Of a stretch of 64,000 nt of DNA, positions 12,095 to 24,094 are shown piece by piece. Both the position numbers and the translations under genes were made by a program. Source of the DNA: Paramecium tetraurelia (Eukaryota); NCBI GenBank assembly GCA_000165425.1, contig CT868075.1, positions 1 to 64,000 of the forward strand, read 5' to 3'. Each line of letters starts with the position of its first letter. Position 1 is the stretch's first letter. Below the pieces are notes generated by a model that saw only the letters and a program-made list of their open reading frames with translations, was not told the origin of the DNA and made no database searches.

Positions 12095-13991
12095 TCATAT
12101 GAGTTTTTGTTTTGAGAAATTTATTTAAATTTACTTACCATCTAAATCTAATCCATTGTTATTAGCCAAAACAGTTATAGCCACTTCTGTGCTTGGGTAC
12201 TTGAGAATGGCCATGTACTTCGTAGCATTAGTGACTAATTTTGATAATCTAATGTTTCCATAATCTTAAAGATATTGTTATAAAACTGGTATTTGACATG
12301 AATTTTTTGTTAAGTTAGAAACCTAAATAGTATCGCAAGGAGGTGCCAAAGTATAAGTACTATCAGGTTTGATTCTATGTGTTTCTTCACCTCCCTAAAA
12401 GTACTCTTCTTGAGTTTTGACATCCTAAGTAAATTCTCCAGGTTTAGTTGGTTAAGTCTTAAGTGAAATTTCTTCATAATTCGAAAAAAATATCTAATTA
12501 TGAATAATGTCCTTACTTTAATGGATTGCCCATAAAACATGATATCATTTAGGGATTCCTTAGCAATAGCAGCATGATCTTAAGTAACATATTAGATAAG
12601 AGCACTAGATCTCTCCTTTAAATATATCATTTTATCAATGTTGCCATAAATACTAAATAAGTTGTAGAGCATTTGAGAAGTGACAACTTTTTTGTCGAAC
12701 CATCTTGCATAAATTACTCTTGATTTTCTCACAGCTAGAGTATTAAAATTCTTTTACTTTGCAAAAATTTTGGATTGATGTATTCTTCAATTTTGTCTGC
12801 ACTTTATTACATTTTATCTAATTATTATTTTTCTACTTATTGTAAGGTCTGACTCTTGGATACTGGCATTCTGATGATTTTATTTTTGAATTAATCTAAA
12901 TTGGAAGATGAAGTGGGTTAGGAAGAGGTTTATGATAGATTTGATGGTTATTATTAGGATTAGAATTATTATTATTGAGATTTTTCATTATTTTGAAAGG
13001 CATTTTAGAAATTATTAATTTATTTATTGTCTGAATTCTAATCAAAATATTTGAGGAATTCATTTTATTCTTCATCTTAATTGTCATCATCATCGTCACA
13101 ATTCTCAGATCCTACGATTTCGTCATCGGATTCTCTTAAACCTAGACCTTAGAAGTTCAAATCATCATCTTCGATTTTTTACTCTTAACTATTGAATAAG
13201 CTTTCTGTATTGTTTTCTCTATAACTTTAGATAAATTCTATTTAATCTGTTTTTTTCTTCTGATCTGCTGGCAAGGTCAGTTTCTTTCGATTAGATTACT
13301 TTGATTAGATACTTACTGATTAGGTTTCTTCTTATTTGTTAACACCCTATAAGAAGTTTTGATATTAATCAGTGAGGTGTTGGAAGTTTGCTTAATATTC
13401 ATATATTTAATTCAACAACTACTATTGTTTTTCTATTTAAGACTATAAGTCAGATGAAGAAATCATGGTTGTTGAGAATCCTTCAGCACTTACTTACTAT
13501 AGTTATCCCATCAATTAATTTATTTATTGTATCTATTAGGACATTTGATGCTGAAACTGCATTTATGATTATAGAAACTATATTGGGATGGGCTATTGAG
13601 GTGGCTTAGGAGCTGGTTGCTATTATTTACGTAATAAAGTGTAATCTACATAAATTTAAGAATATACCAACACCCCCAGTATTATTTTCTTAAAATGTGA
13701 TGTATGTAAGCTTACTAGCATACACATTCATTGTTAATTATGCATCATCACAAAAAAGCTTATCATTCATTGATTATCTTGCCTTAATCGCAGATTCTGG
13801 ATTATCGAATTCGATAAATGTTTTCCATGTCAATGATCTTTCAAATATGAGCATCTATATAATTGAAAGTATCTTACTCTTTAGATGGTGCCGAATTGGC
13901 TGAAGACTTTGAAATACTTGTCATGTCCAAGAGTTTTATTAGCTTTGTTGGTAATCACAACTAAAATCACGTTGGTGGTGTCTTAATTCAT
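12095..13991 (-). CDS. PTB/hnRNP-L-like RNA-binding protein (three RRMs plus a Q/N-rich and acidic linker)
   Basis: RRM ...VFSQFGTIQRMLIFER...TFIEFDNPESAIKARQSMN...YASKLTYITFQENNTGGVDYT. Second RRM LYNLFSIYGNIDKMIYLKERSSALIQY. Third RRM PPCDTIQVSNL...QINFSK. Several tiny introns. Confidence 0.85.
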
Positions 13992-14045
13992 TAATTAATT
14001 AATAAAGTTTTTTCATGTTTTATAAAAAATTAAATAAGATAGTTT

Positions 14046-16188
14046 TCACTTTGTCTTAATAAAACTATTAGATTTCATTCCAGATCCACAATCTCTTCTT
14101 AGACCCTCAACTAATTAATTCTTGAGAACTCGAGATTCCTGTAATGAATTCTACAACTTCACTTCCAAACTGTTATTTTACTCAGCCATTTATTCCAACT
14201 ACTTCTACATTCTGCTAATCTCTAATCGCAAGCCTATAATGATTAATACATAGATTACCTTCTGCTCTACTTTATTCCCTTTCTGCTCTCTCTGTTTGTT
14301 TTTCACAATTATTAGTTGTTCTAGTAAATTTATCTTTCCAATTTTCTAACTCCTTTTATCTATCCAACAACTTATGTTCTAAAGTCTATTTCTCCTTCAA
14401 CAATTGATCCTCTACTAATCTCTATTGATCTTAGTGATTGTGCAATTATTAATTTTCATTAATTAGACCTATTATTGTTTAAGAATAATTTTACTTGTAA
14501 TCCTACTTTCTAATTGTTTGATTTCATTTTATTGTCTTTGCAATTATTATTTCACTTTTTGTTATTCTAACGCTGCTTGTTTCATTTAATCTTGAAATGG
14601 TTTTTATGCATCATTAAATAATCTCTATTACATTTGTAATTCCCTTTTCATTTATTCTTAAGTTTCTCTAATTTCCTGAGCTGATTCTAATCTGATCAAA
14701 GATACTTCATTCTCCTTTTCATATTATGCCTATTTCACTTAATCTAGTAATGAGCTAATTCTCTAATCCTTCTCTTTTACTTCTTAATTCAATTGTTCAT
14801 TTTTATCTTACAATTTTCTTATCTTCATTTCTAATTCACATGTTTATTTAGTTGAATCAACATGAAATTTGATATTTTCTAAACTTCTTTCTCTAAATCT
14901 GGGTAACTCCTTCAATTTCTGTTGCAATTCATCTATTTTAGTTTCATTTAATTATTAAACAGATTGTAATTTCTCATTAGCCTTTTCCAATTCTGCAATT
15001 CTAGCTTTATTTGTAATCTCATCCTTTTTCATCTTCTATTATAATAAGAATTGTTATTCTGTCAATTAATTATTCTTTTTGTTCAATTACTCAAATTCTT
15101 ATTAAATATTTTCTGCCTCTCCTTAGAGTGACTTATATTGTTACAACTTTAGTTTCTAGACTTCATTTTGTAGATTATTTATAGTTTATCTAGCTGACTT
15201 CAATTCTTCAATTATAGGCAAAGTGGAATTTTTCATATTTTAATTCACCTTCTAATTTAAATCAACCTTGATAACTTCCAATGTATCCATCTTATTTTAC
15301 ACCTCCACTTGATGCTATTATTTCAATTTCTCGATTTTCTACTCATTCATTTCATTCTGTTTTTCCAATAATTCTCTATATTTCTCATCCTATTGTTTGA
15401 TTAAACTCTTAAACTCTTCAATCCTGTTACTATCTTTTTGAATTGTATTTTATAAATTATTATTTTATTCTAACAGCATGGAAACCTTATTTTACAATTC
15501 CTATATTTTTAATTGTTATTCATTATTAGAATGAGTGAGAGTCTCAATTTACTTGCCTCTTTTCCTTGCCAAATGTCCAAGTGATGCATCTGTTGACCAT
15601 TGCTTCTCTGAAACAATTAATTTTTCTCTGAGGTCATTGATAATTGCGTCCTTATCCTTCAATTGCTCTTAAAGTTACAACTATAAATTCGATATCTAAA
15701 TTACATTATAGTCTTACTTGAATAGCCTTCTATTGTATATCATCGTTCATTCTCTTTTCAACCTAATAACGATCACGCACTTATTGCTCTAGAGTCTGTA
15801 TAGTCTTATTTTAATCTCCATTGATAATCTTCTAATCCTATTTGAGCTTCTCTAAGACCTTGACTACCTTCTCATTTTCTTCCAACAACATTCCTATTTA
15901 TTAATCTTTCTTTTCACTCGATTATCTTAACTAATTGATATCATTCAGAGCATCTTAAAACTACCTACCTACTTTGGCAGCCTCCATAGTAGCATCATTC
16001 AATTGTGCTTGTTGTCTCTATATAATGATCTCAGACTGTTTGATTTTATACTCCAATTCTTAGATTTTCTTCTCCTGTAGTTTCTTAGCTGCTTATTCTC
16101 TGGATAGTTCAGAAACCTCTTGCATAGTACGTGAAGGACTAGCATGGTAAGCTAACTAACTACCATCATTTTTAAAATGGTGACTCAT
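14046..16188 (-). CDS. Long coiled-coil protein, function unknown
   Basis: MSHHFKNDGSQLAYHASPSRTMQEVSELSREQAAKKLQEKKIQELE..., E/Q/K-rich heptads, ending ...NSFIKTK*. Confidence 0.75.
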
Positions 16189-16457
16189 CGTTATAACTGT
16201 AGAATTAATATTATTTGTAATTGGTTAGTTAATTGTGTTCAAACAACAATATTTCAATACTAATATTAATAAATCCCTGTTTAGATATTTGATCATCTCC
16301 ACAAATTCGATATCTATAACATCTTTGATATTTATAAAATGAGTAAAAAATCGTAGCAATATGTAGAATTAGTTATTAACTTTAATTTAATTTTTATTAT
16401 CAAATCAATTTATAATACAGTATTCATTCAAAATTTGTAGAATTAATTATAAGAAAT

Positions 16458-19400
16458 ATGCTTAAATATCAACCAGATTTACAGAATTTCAATCGTTTTC
16501 AACATCAAATTCATTAAACTAGCAAGTCTAACAACTTTTAGATGCATATTCACTTGATCTAAAAATTGGTTGAAATGCCTTTCTCTCAAAATGATATAAT
16601 CACTCTCCTACTCTAAGCACTAAATAACCTAGCAGTTAATTATTATAAGTAATGTTCTTTTCTTCTAATTGCTTAGATTTGATTTATTTGCTAATAAAAT
16701 CTTTAAGTTCATGAGATCTCACCTACTGAAAAATGATCAATTACACTGTAATTAGTTTAGACAGAAAGTGATTAAGTTTATTGTCCAATTAAACATGGCA
16801 AAGATGAAATTACAATTAGGATCATATGGCAAAGCCTTTCTTCTAGCTGAATAAGCCATGAGTACACTAGAAAAGGACCTAATTGATAGGTTGAAACAAA
16901 GAGACTCAAAAATTGAAGACGCCATGCTACTCATCAATGGCTATTTAATTTTAGCTAAATCCTACGAGTTTTCATCAGACTATGATATTCAGTACATCCA
17001 AAGCAAAAGCGTATGGGCTCAGAGAAACTAATAAGATTAATTTTGTAAATTCTATTTAAATGCAAAATAATTGGCAATTAAATATTTAGGAAACAACAAT
17101 AAGCTCATCTAAAAATTACAATATTCGTGTTCTCATCGTGTCTAAAATCCCAAAACTCCTCAACCAATACCGTAATTAATTTCAAGACAATAGTTGAATC
17201 AATTAATTTAATTATTGAAATTGGTAAAAGGTAGAGTCATTATAGTCATACAACCAGAAAAACCTCTGATCAGAAGATGCTTAAAGGGATCAATAGACAC
17301 TCATAAAACCACATCGACATAGAACAGTCAAGTCGATATGTCTAAACCATACATCAAGCAATTTAGAGTGAGATGTAAATAAAACAGTCATCACGAGATT
17401 AATTCTTCCGATGAAACTACAAAAGAGAAAATGCAGAATTGTGATACCCCTATTTCTCAATATAAATAATTAGAAACTATTATTCAAAAGAAGGTTGAAG
17501 AGTAATTGACTATGAAATTGAATGCTAAATAATAGAATAATCTTGAAGAATAAAAGAAATTGTAGGAGTAGAATTAACAAATATCTAATTTATATGATTA
17601 AATTCAACAGCTTAAGGAATAACTCAAATAAAAAGAGGTATTACAAGAGTAACAAAAAGTGCAAATTGAACTCTTACAAGCTCATAATAAGCAGTAGTTA
17701 TTAAAGAATGCAAAATCCATCTAGAGTCCTATCAAAAAGAATAATTTTATAAAGGAATTTTAAATATCAAGTGAATAAAAATAATCTCTGGTTTAAAGTG
17801 CCATCCAAATCAAAAGAGCTGAAATTAATGAATTCAATACTGAATAAACACCTATCAAATTGGTAAACTCTATTATTGGGGAATTCTAAACTCCTGGAAA
17901 TAAGAGTTCCATTGCAGAATTTTAAACCAACAAAAAAAGCACGCCTCCCTTTAGTTTTAGTTTCCACAAAAATTAATAGCAATCAATAGATGTGCCATTA
18001 ACTCCCCCTCCAAATGTCACTTAAGATAACACTCTTGATCAATCCCAACAATGGCCATCTCAAAAATTATAATACATCAGTATAATTGAATTTGAAGAAT
18101 CTATGAATTTCTCAATCACCTATTGTAAGTAAATTTATAAATTTTAGAATCCAATTAGGAACATTATTCCATTTAATTATAACCTAATGAAATCTATTAG
18201 ATTTAAGTAGAGAGTGAATTATCCTATACAATTGAAATATCTCTAGTTACTAATAAAGCAAGTCCAAAGTTAGAGGACTTTTGCATTTTAATCTAGGTTA
18301 ACATAAATTCGTAAAGAATCAGTGAATTAATAGAAATAAGCTCTTTAGCTGAAATGCTATAACACACAGTAAATAACATTTGTATTCCTTACCCTTTGAA
18401 ATACATAACTTCCTATAAGCTTTTTATTTAATACCTTTTGATTCCCTTCATTTAGGTATAAATGGAAAACAAATAATATAAGATTGCCTTGTATTCAATT
18501 CCTCAAGGTATGTTTAGCAATAGTTAATGCATTAATCTATATGGTGATCAATGCGAATGGTCTATGTTTTTTATAGAAAATTTTAAATTCAAAGTGGTTA
18601 TTTATCAGAATAAAATCAATATCTAGGACTTTGAGATAATCTTAGATTAATCGTCATTTGATGAGTATTTTGAGTATTTGAACTTTGACTAGAATAGTTA
18701 ATAGGAGATGTAAAATATATTGAATTCAATGAAGAAGATTCAATCATCCTCACATAATTATTTCAAACTTCCAAGTGTTAAAATAAAAGATAAAGATAAA
18801 TTAATAAAGTTTATCAACAATTGTCTAAACTAAATTGAAACACTAATTAACGAATAGAAATAAAAAGATGTTAAGCATTATTTAAAGGAGAATTTAATTG
18901 CCCTGAATTTAGATGTCATTGACAAATGTAAAATAAGAGCATCTTTAGTTTAAAAGATAAATGGTAGAATTGACCTAATATTAAAGAATTTCTATTAAAC
19001 TCATTTGTCTTAAGATTTACTTGGATTTGCAGGTAGTTCCATTTAGATTACAGATGAATTTATTTAAGATAAATTTCATATTGACTTCTTCACATTAAAT
19101 GAAAGTGAGAAATAATTCATTCTTAAAAAAATTACTAACTATTTCAAATTGCATGCTTATAATAGTTTGTAAGATGGTACTGATTTGGATTGGAAAAATG
19201 AGAATCCAATATAATAAATAGACTAAAACTTCGGTGGAACGCATAAAATCATGATAGTAGATCAATATAGAACTCCTATTAACTTTACTTTGATAGGAGT
19301 TCATGATAGGCCAGAATTCGTAAGGGTGGACATGTTTGACACTGAAAAGGTTCAATAAAATGGGCTCTTGTTCTTTGTCAATGAGGATCTATGGAGAAGG

Positions 19401-19619
19401 AGAGAGGTTCAACCATCTGTGAAGAAGAGCAAATAGTCAAAATACAATAAGGAATTCGCAATTGCTGAAAAATATTATTTGAATGAGGTGCTGTAGGAGG
19501 GAGGTTGGAGAGTGATTGAAAAATTGATAATACCTAAGAATTCGATCTAAATAAATCAAGAGGGGAAAATACATCGGTTAGAATAATTTTTGAATTGGAA
19601 ATCAATTTACGAAAATTGA
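16458..19619 (+). CDS. Large hypothetical protein, N-terminal TPR-like helices and central coiled coil
   Basis: MLKYQPDLQNF...QALNNLAVNYY..., LNMAKMKLQLGSYGKAFLLAEQAM (TPR-like), ending ...WKSIYEN*. Tiny introns near 16649 and 18125. Confidence 0.65.
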
Positions 19620-19632
19620 TTATAATTAATAT

Positions 19633-20515
19633 ATGTATATATGTAGTATTTGTAATTGCTTTCTTGCTTATAAATAAGATGAAATTTACAAGTACCCTTT
19701 GAGGGAAGGAGAACAATTGAAGTATTTATTGAGAGTTTATTAGTTTTTTGACATTTAAGATGATAGAGAATTGCAAAGAAGATCAATTCAAAAAATATGA
19801 TTTATTTAGTCATCTATATTGTAAATTCTGCGATTAAGAGATAGGAATGAGAATAGGAAAGGATTTCTCTATTTATAAATGCCAACTTTAAGAGTCTTTG
19901 GGGTCTATAAATATTGGAGTGTATTCATTGAAACAAGAACTCTTGCAAAAGATATCACAAATGCTCGACAAAACTTGTTATTAGTGTTATCTCTAACCCT
20001 TACTAAAGAAAGAATTAACTAATGTATAAATCATTCCAAATGTAAATGCAGCAATCATAATCCATTAAGTAGAATCCCGAGTATTGCTATTGGGGAAAAA
20101 TGGCTTATACAATGATTTAGCATAGAAGTTATGGAAGTAAACATCTGGAAATGTGTTGTTGATTTTGTATGACAAAGAGGAAACTAATTAAGAAGAATTA
20201 GTACACAATTTAGCTACTCAAGGAGAGTAGCCATAGATTGCTGAACTGTTTCAATCTTAGAATTTAGTATTTTTCACTAAGCTTCTAAATTTGAATTCGA
20301 TCTTATAGAAGTATTTTGCAAAATCGTATAATCAATGTTACCCAATTGATATTGTAAAGAAGGAAGAGGATGTCACAAATGAAAAGTGTCTTCTCTTGAC
20401 ATACTATTACTAAAGATATAAATAAATAGATCATCCAACTCAAGATGATAAATTGACACTGTCTTTAATAAAATAGTCTCGTAAGTAGTTAAAATTTGAA
20501 TGTAAAGTTTAATGA
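19633..20515 (+). CDS. Yippee/Mis18-like Zn-binding domain protein with an unknown C-terminal domain
   Basis: MYICSICNCFLA...HLYCKFCDQEIGMR has two CxxC pairs with Yippee-type spacing. A 22-nt intron (19722-19743) gives 287 codons. Confidence 0.65.
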
Positions 20516-20680
20516 ATTAGTTAATATAATAATAATAATAATAAAAGAAAATATTAAGAATAATTAATTTTAAAAGAATATTTATTATTGCATGATTTTC
20601 ATCTTTAATCTATACAAATATGTATTAATATTTACATAAATTGGTTGTGCCTTTGTGTTTTATTATCATTATTAATTAAA

Positions 20681-23063
20681 ATGTTACTTGAGAACATTAA
20701 AGTAATTAGAATTAATTATTTTAGGTTGCCATTCGAATAAGACCTTTAAACGCCAGGGATCTTGAGATTTCAGATAAGAGTACCCTCAAGGTTACAGATC
20801 AAGAGACCTTAGTAGCAATTCCTCCGGTAGAGGCAGAAGTTAAGTAGGTCAAAAAGACCTATAAATTCAACTGGGTTTTTGACTAAATAGCCTCTCAAAA
20901 GGATTTATTTGAAAAGTCCCTAGAATATTAGGTGCTTTCCGTGTTGGATGGAATTAATGTTACTCTTTTTAGTTACGGTGCTTCTGGAACAGGAAAAACA
21001 CATACGTAATTATTTTGAGTATTTTAAGACTTATGAAAATGAATGACGATTATGGATTATTGATACGAGCACTTAATCAACTCTTTTAAACGATTCACAA
21101 CAGAAAAAGGAAGATTCAGATGAAATTTTCATATATAGAAATCCAATCGGAGTAACTCTATGATCTATTAAACAATATGAATGGAAACCTCGACATTAAA
21201 GACGATGTAGAGAAAGGAGTAGTAATAAATGGAATGCGAGAAATTGATGTTACGAGTACTTAAGAGGTGATCAACTTGATATAGTATGGAAAACGACAAA
21301 AATCATCAAAGTAACATGAAGTTCTAATATTTACTAACTACATACAGGATATGGTTGGTTAAAACAATGAAATCTAGGTTTCTAAATTTATAGTCGCAGA
21401 TCTAGCTTGTCTTGATAAAGGTGGACAAAAGTCTGCTTCAATATAGGTTCTTAATGACTGTATTTCATTACTAAGTGAGGCTTAGACTAAAAAGATTTAG
21501 CCTTTCATTCCCTATAGAAATAGCAAATTAACTAAAATACTCAAAGATTCTTTCGGTGGGAATTCCAAAACTTTAATTATTGGATGTGTCTCTCCTTCAG
21601 TGGCAAATTATGAGGAAACCATCTAAACCCTAGAATATTGCTAGATGGCTGTTGGGATCTTCAATTAGGGGACCATCAAGACCATACAATAAAGTAACCA
21701 GCATGAAGATGTTAAATCAATTTACAATTAATTAGTAAATGAGAATGCAGAGCTAAAGAAGCAATTAAATAACAAGTCCAATTAAAAACCATAAAATAAT
21801 GAAAAGGAATAAACCAAATTGTATGAAGAGAATATAATTGAACACTTTAATAATGAATAAGATATCAATTAATCTATTTTCAAGTACTAATGGGAAATAG
21901 AGTAGATTAAATTCAATGTGAACGAAAACTAAGAAAATCTATAGCGTGTTGATGGAATAGACAGAAATTCAGCAGATTCTTTAAGGTTTTAAATTGAATA
22001 GGATCTTAAATAAATACATAATTATTAGGAATAACTAGTTAAGTTTTAAAAATAAGCAAGCAATTTCTCCATCCAAAGAAGAGCTTTAGAGGAAGTAATG
22101 TTATTTAATTAAATTTAGAATGTCAATTAAAGTAATTTATCTAATTCTTATAAATTATACTTAACAAATCTGATTGAAAAACATATTCTAAGATTAGAAG
22201 TATTTGAAATTAAACTTAAAGAATAAATAAATGAGTTGCATAGGTCATAACACGAGAGGATTATGGCTATATAAAGAAGTTAAATTACTTTGAGAGATAG
22301 AATTATTGCTGATCAGAGGAAACATTTAATATCACATGGCAAAAACCGATCAGTTTAACATTATTCTCAAATTGACACCACAACTGAAGTCATTGAGGGA
22401 ACCAAGGCCAAACTCAAGCATTATCCATTGCCAAAAGTTAAAGGTATTTATGATTGTTATCATCTAGACCATTATTTTAATAAACAAGCCTATTTGTAAA
22501 GAAAGGAATCCCCAAAATCAATCTTCAGCCCAAGGCTTCAAACACCTTTGCAACTGAAAGAGAAGAAACCGTATATCCCTAAAACACCTCACACAAAAAT
22601 ACTTGATAATCTTTCCACACCTATTATACCTAAATCAAATCCTTTGGCAAAAGCACCTCCTTAAAAATTGATTGATTCTTAATCAATGGTAGCCTTACCT
22701 TTAATAACAACCAATAGAAATTTATCTAAATTTGTTTATGACTGGAGAGGTGGTGGTTATAAGTTTATAGAGGACCAAAAAAAAATACCTTCATAAAGAG
22801 AACTTAAGAAGGTTATTTCATCAAAACAACACACTTAGTAAAGTCTTGACAAATCATTTTTCACTACTTCAAGTCGAAGTAAATAAATATTATAATTATT
22901 AGGCACTTCTGCAAAAAGAGTATCCTTTAAGCAAAGTCTTTTGCTACCTGGAAAAGTGCACGAGTCCCCTTATGTTAAAGGATTTATTAATAAAGAAATT
23001 CAAAGAAAGATGAAATTAAAATAATTGAATTAAAAAATGATGAAAGCTACTAAAAATAAATGA
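20681..23063 (+). CDS. Kinesin-like protein (kinesin-8-like) with degenerate switch motifs
   Basis: [16 protein letters not shown]-loop [10 protein letters not shown] and [23 protein letters not shown] are present. Switch I reads SSKQH and switch II reads DLACLD. Coiled-coil stalk and basic tail follow. Confidence 0.88.
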
Positions 23064-23399
23064 TTTATCTTATATATCTTGTTTATATATATGTATTATT
23101 CATAGTTGATATTATTCTAAGAATACAGATTAGTCAACTGATTAGATAATGATAATTATTATTATAGTAAATTTATCATTGTGATTGCTCATAGTAGTCT
23201 CATCTTATGTTGTATATCTATAGGATATGGAATATAGCATTTCTTTCATTTAAAATATAATTCTTACTACTAAAATACTGAATCATTTTCAAAATTTGAT
23301 TTATTTAATGTCAAGGCCGACTTAATTTCGATTAAGCGAAATATTCTTTTTTTAATTTTAACTAAAAAATTACAAATATTCATGATTTCAATGAACTCT

Positions 23400-23930
23400 A
23401 GTATTATAAAATTTATCCATTAGCTAAAGCTGATTCTTAATTTAATTAATGATTAAGAGAAAGCAAAATAAAATTAGATTCATGAATAAAATTATATTGC
23501 TCAAATAAATCAATTTACAAACATCTTTGATATACTTCCTAGAATCAATAAGTAAATGCGACCATATTTATAAGAAGTGCATATTAATGTAGATGGCTTT
23601 TTAAGATAATTGACACATTGATATAAATAATCATAAATCGTCTTCTTTGTAGGCTGATGTTATCACTTTGATCTCTTATTCAATTACTGTAATTTCATTA
23701 AGCAATTCTTCATATTATTTTGGAGTAAGATTCCTTGGAATTAGAATAATGTTATTACTTTCCCTATTCAGTATCTAAATAGGCAATAATGTGATCGACC
23801 TATTGAATCATTTCTTATAATTTCTCATAATCTTATTTAAATTGTATTCTTTCCCTCCATGACTTGATTTCATCAAAGCCTTGCTATGACTAGGCCACGG
23901 CAATTGTAATTAAAACGATAAATACAATAA
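23400..23930 (-). pseudogene. Possible gene remnant
   Basis: Short protein-like stretches (MEERIQFKQDYEKLQEMIQQVDHIIAYLDTEQ; LLNEITVIEQEIKVITSAYKEDDL*) broken by stops and frame changes. Confidence 0.25.
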
Positions 23931-24094
23931 TAATTTTCATTTGATAATTTAAATAGTTATCAATAAAAAGGAAAATATGAAATAATGGAAAGACTTAGTT
24001 ATGAGGATTTAATTGGAGATTAAGTTTCTTGTTTTATCGTTTTGAGAATCCAATTTTGTATAAACTATAATATTCGAAAAATAATATAATTAAA

